The translations under genes were made by a program, and so were the position numbers. This document shows positions 25,529 through 35,279 of a DNA stretch of 64,000 nucleotides, in pieces. The notes under the pieces are model-generated. The model made no database searches. It was not told the origin of the DNA and worked only from the letters and a program-made list of their open reading frames with translations. Source of the stretch: an uncultured bacterium (GTDB lineage: Bacteria; Oederibacteriota; Oederibacteriia; Oederibacteriales; Oederibacteriaceae); assembly GCA_965112635.1 (NCBI GenBank), contig OZ218778.1, positions 896,001-960,000 of the forward strand. Direction: 5' to 3'. Position 1 is the first letter of the stretch. Each line of letters starts with the position of its first letter.

Positions 25529-26422
25529 CTAAACCTCTTTTTGAAAAGGCATTCCGGGTTGGGCGCCGGGGCGGGTCACAGAAATAGACGCGGCTTTGAC
25601 CGCCTTCTGGACTGAACGGTCCAGGGTCAGGCCCTGGGCCAGGCCAACGCTGAGCCAGGCAGTAAAACAGTCTCCGGCACCCACCGTATCCACTGGACGG
25701 ACATGGGGAGCTGGGATTATTCTCTCGCCCGCGGAGTCGCAAATAAGAGCGCCTTTTGACCCCAAAGTGATGACCACCTGATGACAACCCAGTTTACGCA
25801 ATTGGCGGGCGGACTTTTTCAAATCCCCGATGCCGGTCAACAGAGCGGCTTCGTGTTCGTTGGGCGTCAAAGTGTGGACCATTTTTAAAAGAGAGACGGG
25901 GAGCTTTTGGGCCGGAGCAGGATTTAAAATAAAAGGCACCTCAGCCAGATAGGCCAAACCAGCCACAGTCATCACGGTCAGCAAGGGTATTTCCAGCTGG
26001 CACACGACCGCCTTACTATTATTGATGGCCGGAGCCGCCTGCCTGATGTCAGCCGGGGAAAGAGAGTCATTGGCGGACTTGGCCACGGCGATCATATTTT
26101 GTTTGGAGCTGCCGCCTACCAGGATAAGGGCAATGCCACTGGGCTGTTTGGGGTGGACTTTAAAGTAGCGGACATTGATGCCTTCTTTTTTCAGGCCCAG
26201 CATAGCTTTTTTACCGAAGTCATCGTTGCCCCTGGCTCCGACAAAGACCACCCGGGCTCCTGCTCTGGCCGCGGCCACAGCCTGGTTGGCGCCTTTTCCT
26301 CCGGCAAATTGTTTGAATTCACCGCCCAAAAGGGTTTCTCCAGGCTGGGGCAGACGGTCACAAACCAGGACCAGGTCTGTATTGGAACTTCCTACTATGG
26401 TTATTTGAGGTTTATGACTCAT
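25529..26422 (-). CDS. rbsK: Ribokinase (PfkB family)
   Basis: VGSSNTDL, GGKGANQAVAAAR, NPAPA, PNEHE and DTVGAGDCF motifs. Confidence 0.92.
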   Translation of the reverse strand: MSHKPQITIVGSSNTDLVLVCDRLPQPGETLLGGEFKQFAGGKGANQAVAAARAGARVVFVGARGNDDFGKKAMLGLKKEGINVRYFKVHPKQPSGIALILVGGSSKQNMIAVAKSANDSLSPADIRQAAPAINNSKAVVCQLEIPLLTVMTVAGLAYLAEVPFILNPAPAQKLPVSLLKMVHTLTPNEHEAALLTGIGDLKKSARQLRKLGCHQVVITLGSKGALICDSAGERIIPAPHVRPVDTVGAGDCFTAWLSVGLAQGLTLDRSVQKAVKAASISVTRPGAQPGMPFQKEV

Positions 26423-26440
26423 TGTTACCCTTCTAATAAA

Positions 26441-26575
26441 TTCCTCCCCTTTGTACGCCAAAGGCGCGCAGAGCGACGGGAGGAAAAAGGTGGGGTAGAA
26501 CGGCAGACCAATCTACCTCCCCTTTGTCCCCTCCTCCCCATACGGGGACTGTAAAGAGTTACAAAGGAGGGGAGA
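26441..26575. repeat. REP-like composite palindromic element
   Basis: CCTCCCCTTTGT occurs twice (26443, 26516), with complementary ACAAAGGAGGGGAG at the right end and an inner GGGGTAGA/TCTACCTC pair. Confidence 0.6.
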
Positions 26576-26739
26576 TTCGTTACTTACCAAGGATTTTAGA
26601 ATATAAAGCTTCAAGATAAAACAATAAAGATGCGCCAGATAAATGGAGTTTTGAGCATGTCCTTACGTGTTGTCCGTTGTGGTAAAATACCCATCTATCC
26701 AAAAAGCTCAAAAAATCTTATTGTCGGCAGGGAGCAACC

Positions 26740-28092
26740 ATGAACTTGATCTGGCTGATGCTTAAACCCAACGATGTCGAAGTGGAGAGAGAGCAGCTCC
26801 TCGACGAAGGAAGAGATATTTCCTCGGTGGAAAGGGAACTGAAAAAATTAGCCAGCCTGCCTAAAGGAACAAATTTAGAGAAGTTACAGCCCAAAATAGC
26901 TGCCCTGCTGGATAAAACCCAAAAACTTCCCATGAAAAAAGGGTACACCTTTGTGGAGCCGTCTGATCTGGCCGGCATCAAAAAAGCCCGGCCCAAAGGG
27001 CCCCGCAGGATAAAAGACAAGTTAAGCGACAAGGTCCTTTTCAATAAAGTTTTGGGAGCCTGGCTGGGACGCTGCAGCGGCTGCTTGCTGGGCAAGCCCG
27101 TGGAAGGCGTGCGTTCCTATAATATCTGGGGCTACTTAAAAGAGCTCAGGCGCTATCCTTTGTCCGATTATTTCCATTCGGACGTACCCAAACGCATCCT
27201 GAAAAAATATGGAATGGCGGGGAGAAGGACTTTTATCAATGAGGTCCCATATATGGTGGAGGATGACGATACCAATTACACGGTGACCGGCCTGGCGCTT
27301 GTCAAGGAAAAGGGCATTAACTTTGTGCCGGAGGATATGGCGGATTTTTGGATCAACAATATTCCCCTGACCCATACCTGCACGGCGGAGCGGGTCGCCT
27401 ACAAGAATTTTGCTCTGAGCATGACCCCTCCCCACACAGCCAATTTTCGCAACCCCTACCGGGAGTGGATAGGCGCGCAGATACGGGGGGACTTTTTCGG
27501 GTATGTGGCCTTGGGCAATCCTGAGCTGGCCGCGGAACTGGCCTGGCGGGACGCCTCTATCAGCCATATCAAGAACGGTATTTACGGCGAGATGTGGGTG
27601 GCGGCCATGCTAGCGGCCGCGCCTTTTTGCCAAGATACCAGGGAAGTGATAGAGATAGGACTGACCGAGATACCGGCCAGATCCAGATTGACCCGGGATA
27701 TCCACGAAGTGATGTCCTGGTATGACCAGGGAGTGAATTACGAGGAAGCGGTCAAAAGTATCCATCAAAAATGGGATGAGAAAAGCTCACACCACTGGTG
27801 CCATACCAACAGCAACGCGCAAATCGTGGCTGTCGGCCTGCTGTGGGGCGAGGGGAATTTTGAAAGGTCCATCTGCCGGGCTGTCCAGCCCGGGTTTGAC
27901 ACGGACTGCAACGGCGCGACCGTAGGTTCGATCGTGGGCATGATGCTGGGTGCGGCCAAACTGCCCCGCAAATGGGTCGGGCCTTTGCACGACAAAATTG
28001 CCACAGGCATCGCGGGATACAACCTGGTCAAGATATCTGACCTGGCCAAAGAAGGATTTGAGCTATACAAGAAATACAGAAAACATTCGTAA
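26740..28092 (+). CDS. ADP-ribosylglycohydrolase family protein
   Basis: GAWLGR..GC.LGKPVEG, EDDDTNY, WIGAQIRGD, SHIKNGIYGE and DTDCNGAT motifs. Confidence 0.9.
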   Translation: MNLIWLMLKPNDVEVEREQLLDEGRDISSVERELKKLASLPKGTNLEKLQPKIAALLDKTQKLPMKKGYTFVEPSDLAGIKKARPKGPRRIKDKLSDKVLFNKVLGAWLGRCSGCLLGKPVEGVRSYNIWGYLKELRRYPLSDYFHSDVPKRILKKYGMAGRRTFINEVPYMVEDDDTNYTVTGLALVKEKGINFVPEDMADFWINNIPLTHTCTAERVAYKNFALSMTPPHTANFRNPYREWIGAQIRGDFFGYVALGNPELAAELAWRDASISHIKNGIYGEMWVAAMLAAAPFCQDTREVIEIGLTEIPARSRLTRDIHEVMSWYDQGVNYEEAVKSIHQKWDEKSSHHWCHTNSNAQIVAVGLLWGEGNFERSICRAVQPGFDTDCNGATVGSIVGMMLGAAKLPRKWVGPLHDKIATGIAGYNLVKISDLAKEGFELYKKYRKHS

Positions 28093-28107
28093 TTTAGGAG
28101 GAAAGCG

Positions 28108-30582
28108 ATGATAAAAACCCTGAGTTTGGACGGTGCCTGGAAATTACGCTGGAGCGACGGCACGCGGGGCAGGCCTGAATACGCGGAAGGCATAGAAACG
28201 GACGAGCGCAAATACATCAAAGCGCAGGTGCCGGGCGAAGTGCACTGGGACCTGTTCCAGGCCGAATTGATACCCGACCCCTATATCGGGGCCAATTGTC
28301 TGGCGTCACGCTGGGTGGAACAGATGGTATGGAGCTACCGCAAAGAGTTTATTGTTCCCGCAGAAGCCCTAAAATCCAAGGCCTGGCTTCATTTTAACTG
28401 CCTGGATCTGGGAGCCATCATTGTGCTGAACGGGAAAGAAATCGGACGGCATAATAACTTTTTTTATCCCTGCCGCTTGGAGGTCACGGGCAAACTAAAA
28501 GAGGGCAAGAATATTCTGGCTGTGCATGTGGAGAGCGGGGTTTTTGAGGCTACGGACAAACCCAGCAAGGGTTTTTCAGGCCGACCTTTCGAGGACATTT
28601 ACCTGAACAAACGGCAGTGGCTGCGCAAGCCCCAGTTCCAGTTCGCTTGGGACTGGTCGCAGAGGTTCATCAATGTAGGTGTGCAGGGTTCGGTGTGCCT
28701 GGAATGGACAGGGGAGCCGGCCAGGATAGACCAGCTGGTGGCTCTGCCGGAAGTTTCCGAAGATTTACGCACCGGCCGGGTCAAGGTGAGGTTGTTCGTG
28801 GAAGGGCTGACCCCGGAAGCCCAGAAGGCAGAGCTGGAGATCAGCCTGGGTTCTCAATTTAAAAAAATTCCGGTGGTAATAAAACCCGGCCTGCATCCCT
28901 GCGAGGCTGAACTCACAGTCAACCGGCCTGATTTATGGTGGCCGACCGGCCACGGCTCCCAGCCGCTCTATGACCTGAAGGTTTTATTAAGGGTCAACGG
29001 TAAAGAAGTGGGGACAAGGACCAAGCGCATTGGTTTCCGCAGGGTGGTCATCAACCAGGAGCCGCATCCCAAGATGGGCAGGTATTTTATTATAGAAGTG
29101 AACAACAAAAAAATATTTGCCAAGGGAGGCAATTTTGTCCCCGCTGACATGATCCTGTTCAGGACCGATAAAGCCCGCTACCAAAAACTGGTGGACTTGG
29201 CCCTGGAGGCCAACTTCAACATGCTGCGCGTCTGGGGCGGAGGGCTTTATGAGCACGATGATTTTTACGACTACTGTGATAAAAAGGGCGTGCTGGTCTG
29301 GCAGGAGTTTATTTTTGCCTGCGGCCGGTTCCCGGGCACGGACGAAGAGTTCCACCGCAGCGTCAAGGCTGAGGCGGTCTACCAGATCCGGCGCTTGGCT
29401 TCGCACCCCAGCCTGGTGGTCTGGTGCGGGAACAACGAGAACGAAGGCATCCACTGGAACGTGGAGCAGGGCGTGATCCTGCCCGACTACGGGATATATC
29501 ACCAGACTTTGCCGCGGCTGCTGAGCGAGGAAGACCCGGGACGCTTTTACCAGCCGAGCTCTCCTTATTCACCGGACCATCAGGATCCGGGGCGGGATGA
29601 CATCGGCGACCAGCATCCCTGGTCCGTGGGATTTAATAACACGGATTTCAGGGACTACCGCAAGATGATCTGCCGGTTCCCCAACGAGGGCGGCATCCTG
29701 GGTCCCACGGCTTTGCCCACGATGAAAGCCTGTCTGGAGGGCGGGCCCAATGAGATCGGCTCGTTCAACTGGCAGGTGCACGAAAACTCCGTGGACAGCT
29801 GGGGAGCGCCGAGCTGGGTGGATGCCATCACCACCCAGTGGCTGGGCAAGGATATCCGCAAGATGAGCGTGGAGGAATACACCTACTGGGGCGGGCTGGT
29901 CCAGGGTGAGGGTTTAAGGGAGTATTGCGACAATTTCCGGCGACGCATGTTCGATACCAGTTCAGCCATATTCTGGATGTACAACGACTGCTGGCCGGCC
30001 ACCCGCAGTTGGACCATCGTGGACTATTATCTGAGGCGCACGCCCTGCTTTATGCCGGTCAAGAGGGCCATGGCTCCGATCAGCGTGGTCGTGGCCCAGG
30101 AGGATGACGGGAATATCGGCGTTTACGGTATCAATGAAACTGGCCAGGCGATCAAGGCCACCCTGCGTTACGGGATATTCAATTTATCCGGAGGTTATCC
30201 GCTGGACCGGCAGCAGGCAGTAAGCTTGGCTCCCAATGCCTCCACCCGGCTGGCCGGGTTTAAAATGTCAGAATGGAAGGATGTGCGCTCGTCCGCGGGA
30301 TTTGCCCTGCTCCAGGGGCCACAGGGGCTGATCAGCCGCAACCGTTTGTTCCTTCCGTTCTACAAAGATTTAAAATGGCCAGCGGCCAAGGTCAGGGTAA
30401 AAATGGAAAAAGGGACCGCTGTGTTTGAGAGCAAAACATTTGCTTGGGGCATCTGCCTGGACCTGGAGGGCGAAGAAAAAATTCCGGATAATTTCTTTGA
30501 TGTCTATCCCGGGATACCTTATCGGTTACCTTGGACAGGCAAAAAACCGCCTCGGATACTGCATATCGGGAATCTGAGATAG
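28108..30582 (+). CDS. Glycoside hydrolase family 2 (beta-mannosidase-like)
   Basis: RKPQFQFAWDW, KGGNFVP, NFNMLRVWGGG, VWQEF, HPSLVVWCGNNE and WMYNDCWP motifs. Confidence 0.92.
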   Translation: MIKTLSLDGAWKLRWSDGTRGRPEYAEGIETDERKYIKAQVPGEVHWDLFQAELIPDPYIGANCLASRWVEQMVWSYRKEFIVPAEALKSKAWLHFNCLDLGAIIVLNGKEIGRHNNFFYPCRLEVTGKLKEGKNILAVHVESGVFEATDKPSKGFSGRPFEDIYLNKRQWLRKPQFQFAWDWSQRFINVGVQGSVCLEWTGEPARIDQLVALPEVSEDLRTGRVKVRLFVEGLTPEAQKAELEISLGSQFKKIPVVIKPGLHPCEAELTVNRPDLWWPTGHGSQPLYDLKVLLRVNGKEVGTRTKRIGFRRVVINQEPHPKMGRYFIIEVNNKKIFAKGGNFVPADMILFRTDKARYQKLVDLALEANFNMLRVWGGGLYEHDDFYDYCDKKGVLVWQEFIFACGRFPGTDEEFHRSVKAEAVYQIRRLASHPSLVVWCGNNENEGIHWNVEQGVILPDYGIYHQTLPRLLSEEDPGRFYQPSSPYSPDHQDPGRDDIGDQHPWSVGFNNTDFRDYRKMICRFPNEGGILGPTALPTMKACLEGGPNEIGSFNWQVHENSVDSWGAPSWVDAITTQWLGKDIRKMSVEEYTYWGGLVQGEGLREYCDNFRRRMFDTSSAIFWMYNDCWPATRSWTIVDYYLRRTPCFMPVKRAMAPISVVVAQEDDGNIGVYGINETGQAIKATLRYGIFNLSGGYPLDRQQAVSLAPNASTRLAGFKMSEWKDVRSSAGFALLQGPQGLISRNRLFLPFYKDLKWPAAKVRVKMEKGTAVFESKTFAWGICLDLEGEEKIPDNFFDVYPGIPYRLPWTGKKPPRILHIGNLR

Positions 30583-30599
30583 TTCAGAGAACACGGGAT

Positions 30600-31286
30600 A
30601 TGCCTGTGAAAATAAAAACCCTCCAGCAAGCCGCGGAATTTTTGGATGAGGCGGGCATTGCTTTTTTGTTCCCGCAAAAGCGGGCGCCTCTACCCTCACT
30701 TTTTGAGGCCGTGACGGGCTGGAAGGACAAACCCAGCTGGGACAACTGGGACGCGTCCTGGGATAGGGTGTGGGAATGGAAAGACGAGCTTCCGGAAAAA
30801 CATTATGCCTGGTACGGCCATTTTTTCCTGGGCAAACCCACCCTGATTTCCAGGTGTTTATTGCCCTGGGTCATGGCCCTGAGAAAAAATAAGGATGTGG
30901 AAGAGGCTTACCAGAACGGAGAACTCAGCCAGGACAGCCTTAGCGCGGCCAAGAAATTGGAAGAGCTGGGCGAGGTCCCGACCCGGTTCCTGAGGGAGTC
31001 CTTGGGCTGGGTGGGACGCCAGGGGAACAACCGTTTCCACAGGGCATTGCTCATGCTGGAAAAGGGGCTCTGGGTCACCAAAACCGGGGTCCAGCCGCAG
31101 CCCAACGGCTGGGACGTGGAGGTCGTTGAGCTGACGGCCAGGCATTTTCCCGTGGAAACGGCCAAAATCAAGCGCTTTTCACCAGAAAAGGCTTGGAAAA
31201 ATTTACAACAATACCTTAGAATCGATGCAAAAGCCCTGCGGCGCCTTATAAGGCCTTTGCCGGGATTTGGAGGAGAGCAACCTTGA
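30600..31286 (+). CDS. Conserved hypothetical protein, AlkZ-related winged-helix family (tentative)
   Basis: LPSLFE, VWEWKD.L, YGHFF.GKPTLIS pattern, recalled from AlkZ-related proteins. Coupled to the next gene. Confidence 0.5.
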   Translation: MPVKIKTLQQAAEFLDEAGIAFLFPQKRAPLPSLFEAVTGWKDKPSWDNWDASWDRVWEWKDELPEKHYAWYGHFFLGKPTLISRCLLPWVMALRKNKDVEEAYQNGELSQDSLSAAKKLEELGEVPTRFLRESLGWVGRQGNNRFHRALLMLEKGLWVTKTGVQPQPNGWDVEVVELTARHFPVETAKIKRFSPEKAWKNLQQYLRIDAKALRRLIRPLPGFGGEQP

Positions 31287-32152
31287 CCGGTTTCAGCTAC
31301 GAGGAATATTACCAGTTAAAAGAGCAGCCTTTTTCCAACGCGGCGGACAGCCGTTTCTTTTACGACAGCGACCAGCATTCCGAGGCCATCGTCAGGATCC
31401 TTCACGGCATCAAGACCATGAAGGGGCTGGTGGTGATGGTGGGGCAAATGGGCGCCGGCAAGTCCCTGCTGGCGTCAAAACTTTTGGACCACCTGGACCC
31501 GGCTGAATACGAGGTCGCCCTGATGGTGGTCGTCCACCACGAGATCACCGCCGAATGGCTCCTGGGCAAGATCGCGACGGAACTGGGGGTCGAGGACCCG
31601 GCGCCGACCAAGAGCGCTATCCTGACCCAGCTGTATAACCGGCTCATGGAGATCTACGAGCAGGGCAAAAAGGCCGTGGTCATCATGGACGAGGCCAACA
31701 TGCTCAAGACCAGGGAGATCTTCGAGGAGTTCCGGGGGCTGCTCAACCTGGAGGTCCCCGGCAAAAAGCTCATCTGCGTGGTCATGGTCGGCCTGCCCGA
31801 CCTGGAGGAAGGCCTGGCCCTGGACCCGCCGCTCAAGCAGAGGATCGCCATCAAGTTCACCCTGAAATACCTGGACCTCAAATCCACGGAGAACTACATC
31901 AAGCACCGCCTGGCCGTGGCCGGGTGCAGCCGCGACCTTTTTGTCCCGGAGGCCTACCCGCTGATCTTCCAGTTCACCAAGGGGGTCCCCCGGCTGATCA
32001 ACACCCTCTGCGACAACTGCCTGCTGGAGGGTTTCATGGCCAAGCAGCAGGTAATCGGCAAGGAGATCGTGGAGCGGGTCATCCAAGACCTGGGTTTTGA
32101 CTGCGCGCCCGAGCCGGGTCCGGCCGCTGCTCCCCAACCGGGGACGGCTTAG
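31283..32152 (+). CDS. ExeA/GspA-like AAA ATPase
   Basis: LKEQPF, Walker A GQMGAGKS, Walker B IMDEA, LKQRI and GVPRLIN.LCD motifs. TTG start. Confidence 0.9.
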   Translation: MTGFSYEEYYQLKEQPFSNAADSRFFYDSDQHSEAIVRILHGIKTMKGLVVMVGQMGAGKSLLASKLLDHLDPAEYEVALMVVVHHEITAEWLLGKIATELGVEDPAPTKSAILTQLYNRLMEIYEQGKKAVVIMDEANMLKTREIFEEFRGLLNLEVPGKKLICVVMVGLPDLEEGLALDPPLKQRIAIKFTLKYLDLKSTENYIKHRLAVAGCSRDLFVPEAYPLIFQFTKGVPRLINTLCDNCLLEGFMAKQQVIGKEIVERVIQDLGFDCAPEPGPAAAPQPGTA

Positions 32153-32192
32153 GACAGAGTTCAATCAGTCAGAAAAAGGATAAATAGAACCA

Positions 32193-32963
32193 GTGGGAAA
32201 GATCATCTCCGTAGCCAACCAAAAGGGCGGGGTCGGCAAGACGACCACGGCCATCAACCTGTCCGCCTGCCTGGCGGCCATGAAAAAAAGGACCCTTTTG
32301 ATCGACCTGGACCCCCAGGGCAACGCCACCAGCGGCCTGGGGCTGGACGTGGAAAAGCTGGAGCACAGCATCTACGACTCCCTCCTGGACAAGAAGCCGA
32401 TCAAGAACATCATCCAGCCTACGGAGATCACGGGGCTGGAACTCATCCCTTCGGACAAGGACCTGGCCGGGGCCGAGGTGGAGCTGGTGAGCGAACTTTC
32501 CAGGGAATACCGGCTCAAGGAATGCCTCAACGACATCAAAAGCCAGTACGACTACATCCTTATCGACTGCCCTCCCTCCCTGGGACTGCTGACCATCAAC
32601 GCGCTGACCGCGTCCCATTCGGTCCTCATCCCGGTGCAGTGCGAATATTACGCTCTGGAGGGCATCGGGAGGCTTTTGGGCACCGTCAGGGAGGTCAAAA
32701 AGATGCTCAACCCCCTTTTAAAGATCGAGGGGGCGGTGCTGACCATGTTCGACAGCCGGACCAACTTGTCCCAGGACGTCATCGACGAGATCAGGACCAA
32801 TTTTCAGGACAAGGTGTACCAGACGCTGATACCCAGGAACGTGAGGCTGAGCGAGGCGCCCAGCCACGGCAAGCCCATCATCCTTTACGACGTGAGGTCC
32901 TCGGGCAGCCAGGCTTATCTGCAATTCGCCAAAGAGTTCATCGCCGGCCACGGCCAATTCTAA
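32193..32963 (+). CDS. parA: Chromosome partitioning ATPase ParA/Soj
   Basis: NQKGGVGKTTT, DLDPQGNAT, DCPPSLG and IPRNVRLSEAPSHG motifs. Confidence 0.97.
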   Translation: MGKIISVANQKGGVGKTTTAINLSACLAAMKKRTLLIDLDPQGNATSGLGLDVEKLEHSIYDSLLDKKPIKNIIQPTEITGLELIPSDKDLAGAEVELVSELSREYRLKECLNDIKSQYDYILIDCPPSLGLLTINALTASHSVLIPVQCEYYALEGIGRLLGTVREVKKMLNPLLKIEGAVLTMFDSRTNLSQDVIDEIRTNFQDKVYQTLIPRNVRLSEAPSHGKPIILYDVRSSGSQAYLQFAKEFIAGHGQF

Positions 32964-32985
32964 GGAGCTAAGAGAGGGGAAGGAT

Positions 32986-33855
32986 ATGCCAAAAAGGGCT
33001 TTGGGCAGGGGGTTGGGAGCGCTCATCCCCACCGTATCCGTGGAAAAGGAGATCGCCTCGGCCAGACCCAGCGAGGTCAGCTTGGACTCGATCGTCCCCA
33101 ATCCTTTCCAGCCCCGGGAAGAGTTCGAGGACAGGGATTTCAACTCCCTGGTCGCGTCGGTCAAGGAGAAAGGCGTCCTGGAGCCGGTGCTGGTCAGGCC
33201 GTCCAAGGGCGGATACCAGCTCATCGCCGGTGAGCGCCGTTTCCGGGCGGCTAAAAAAGTAGGGCTAAAGTCCATCCCGGCGGTCGTCCGGGAGACCACG
33301 GACCAGGAGATGCTGATGCTGGCCCTGATCGAGAACCTCCAGCGCAGCGACCTCAACCCCATCGAGGAGGCCCTGGCCTACCAGCGGCTGATGGAAGAGT
33401 TCAAGTTCAGCCAGGAGTCCGTGGCCAGGCAGGTGGGCAAAGACCGCAGCACCATCGCCAACATGCTCAGGCTCCTGCACCTGCCCGGAGAAGTGCAGCG
33501 GATGCTCAAGGAGCGGGTCCTGTCCATGGGCCACGCCCGGGCCCTGCTGGCCCTGGAAAACTCGGAGGAGCAAAAGAACCTGGCCCGCCAGATCGTCCGC
33601 GACCAGCTCTCGGTCAGGGAAGTGGAAGAGATGATCAAGCTCAAAAAACCCGCGAGCGCCAACCACCGCCGGCCCCGGGGTAAAGGGGGCAGGCAGGACG
33701 CCCAGGTCACGGCCATGGAAGAGGAACTGCAGAGGCTGTGGGGCACCAAGGTCAAGATCAAGGCCAAGGCCCACGGCGGCGGGTCCATGGAGATCTCTTT
33801 TTATTCCCATGACGATTTCGCGAGGATCTTGGAGCTGCTCAAAGGAACCCCATGA
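32986..33855 (+). CDS. parB: Chromosome partitioning protein ParB/Spo0J
   Basis: ALGRGLGALI, PNPFQPR, IAGERRFRA and ENLQRSDLNPIEEA motifs. Confidence 0.97.
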   Translation: MPKRALGRGLGALIPTVSVEKEIASARPSEVSLDSIVPNPFQPREEFEDRDFNSLVASVKEKGVLEPVLVRPSKGGYQLIAGERRFRAAKKVGLKSIPAVVRETTDQEMLMLALIENLQRSDLNPIEEALAYQRLMEEFKFSQESVARQVGKDRSTIANMLRLLHLPGEVQRMLKERVLSMGHARALLALENSEEQKNLARQIVRDQLSVREVEEMIKLKKPASANHRRPRGKGGRQDAQVTAMEEELQRLWGTKVKIKAKAHGGGSMEISFYSHDDFARILELLKGTP

Positions 33856-34787
33856 ACTCTTTTTTCTCACCCATGAAAAAATACTTTCCCTGCCTGATCT
33901 GCCTTATCGGCCTAGGCTGCTTGATGCTGGCCATCCTGCCGTGCTACAGCCAGACCGCGGACCAGGATTTCACGGCTCTCAAGACCATGGACAGGGGAGG
34001 GGGCCAACCCAGCGACATCATTGCCAAAGCCAATGCTTTTATCCAGGCCTACCCGGACAATTCCTATGTCCCCGAAGCCGAAGTCATCAAAACCAAGGCG
34101 CAGCTCAAAGACCCGGCTGCGTCCCAGGATAACGCCGCGGTCAAGAGCTGGCTGGACGAGGCAGACCAGTCCCTGGACCAGGTCTTTCAAAAATACTCCT
34201 TTATGGCGGTCACCAACGAGCTCAACGACTGGCTTTTCAGGGAGCAGGCCAAGATAGGGGATATCGCGGGCATGACCAAGACGGCCCAGAGGATGGACAG
34301 CCACGCCACGCCGAACGACAAAAAGCGTTACGCCGTCGTTTTGTCCGCCGGGGAGGCTTTTGCGGACGGACTGCCTGATTTTGACGAGAACAGCATCGAT
34401 AATATTCCCATCAGCACCAAAGCGAACAGGGGCAAAGTCCTGGTCCTGGATTTTTGGGCCACCTGGTGCGGACCCTGCAGGGCGGAGTTGCCCCATGTCA
34501 AAGACATTTATGCCAAATACCACGACCAAGGCCTGGAGATCATCGGTATCAGCGGCGACAATATGCCCCTTAAAGACCTTTCAGACTGGCTGCAACAGAA
34601 CGGTATCGTATGGAAGCAGTTCTGCGACCAGCAAGCCTGGCATAGCAAGCTCTTTCAGCTCTACGGGGTCCCCTATATCCCCTATACCATCGTGATAGAC
34701 CGCAGGGGAAACCTGGCGGGGCTGGACATGCGCGGCCGGGAACTGGAAGAGCGGGTAGTCCGGCTCATCGCCCAAAAAGCCGAGTAA
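33852..34787 (+). CDS. Exported TlpA-family thiol:disulfide oxidoreductase
   Basis: GKVLVLDFWATWCGPCRAELP motif and an N-terminal hydrophobic segment. Confidence 0.9.
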   Translation: MNSFFSPMKKYFPCLICLIGLGCLMLAILPCYSQTADQDFTALKTMDRGGGQPSDIIAKANAFIQAYPDNSYVPEAEVIKTKAQLKDPAASQDNAAVKSWLDEADQSLDQVFQKYSFMAVTNELNDWLFREQAKIGDIAGMTKTAQRMDSHATPNDKKRYAVVLSAGEAFADGLPDFDENSIDNIPISTKANRGKVLVLDFWATWCGPCRAELPHVKDIYAKYHDQGLEIIGISGDNMPLKDLSDWLQQNGIVWKQFCDQQAWHSKLFQLYGVPYIPYTIVIDRRGNLAGLDMRGRELEERVVRLIAQKAE

Positions 34788-35276
34788 ATGCAAGCAGCGC
34801 TCTCTCAGGATGCCGGGTTCATGGCCCAAGCCCTGGCCCAGGCCCGGCTGGCCGCCAAAAGAAATGAAGTGCCGGTCGGCGCGGTCCTGGTCAAGGACGG
34901 CAAAGTGCTCAGCCGGGCCCATAACCTCAAGGAAACCAAGGCTAATTCCCTGGCCCACGCGGAGCTTTTAGCCCTGCAAAAAGCCCACGAGAAGCTCAAG
35001 AACTGGCGTTTGACCGGATGCACCCTGTATGTCACTTTGGAACCCTGCGCCATGTGCAGCGGAGCCCTGATGGAAGCCAGGGTGGAACGGGTGGTCTTTG
35101 GGGCCAAGGACCCCAAGGCGGGCGCCGCAGGCTCGGCCCTGGACCTTTTTACCCTCGACCCTTTGAACGCCAGGGTAAAAGTCACGCCTGGGGTGCTCAG
35201 CGGGAAGTGCCAGAAGATATTAAAAGATTTTTTTAAGAAACTTAGAAGTTCAGTGAGAAAAAGAAAGGGAGGCTAG
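34788..35276 (+). CDS. tadA: tRNA adenosine(34) deaminase
   Basis: EVPVGAV, HAE, NWRL and TLEPCAMC motifs. Confidence 0.95.
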   Translation: MQAALSQDAGFMAQALAQARLAAKRNEVPVGAVLVKDGKVLSRAHNLKETKANSLAHAELLALQKAHEKLKNWRLTGCTLYVTLEPCAMCSGALMEARVERVVFGAKDPKAGAAGSALDLFTLDPLNARVKVTPGVLSGKCQKILKDFFKKLRSSVRKRKGG

Positions 35277-35279
35277 GAC

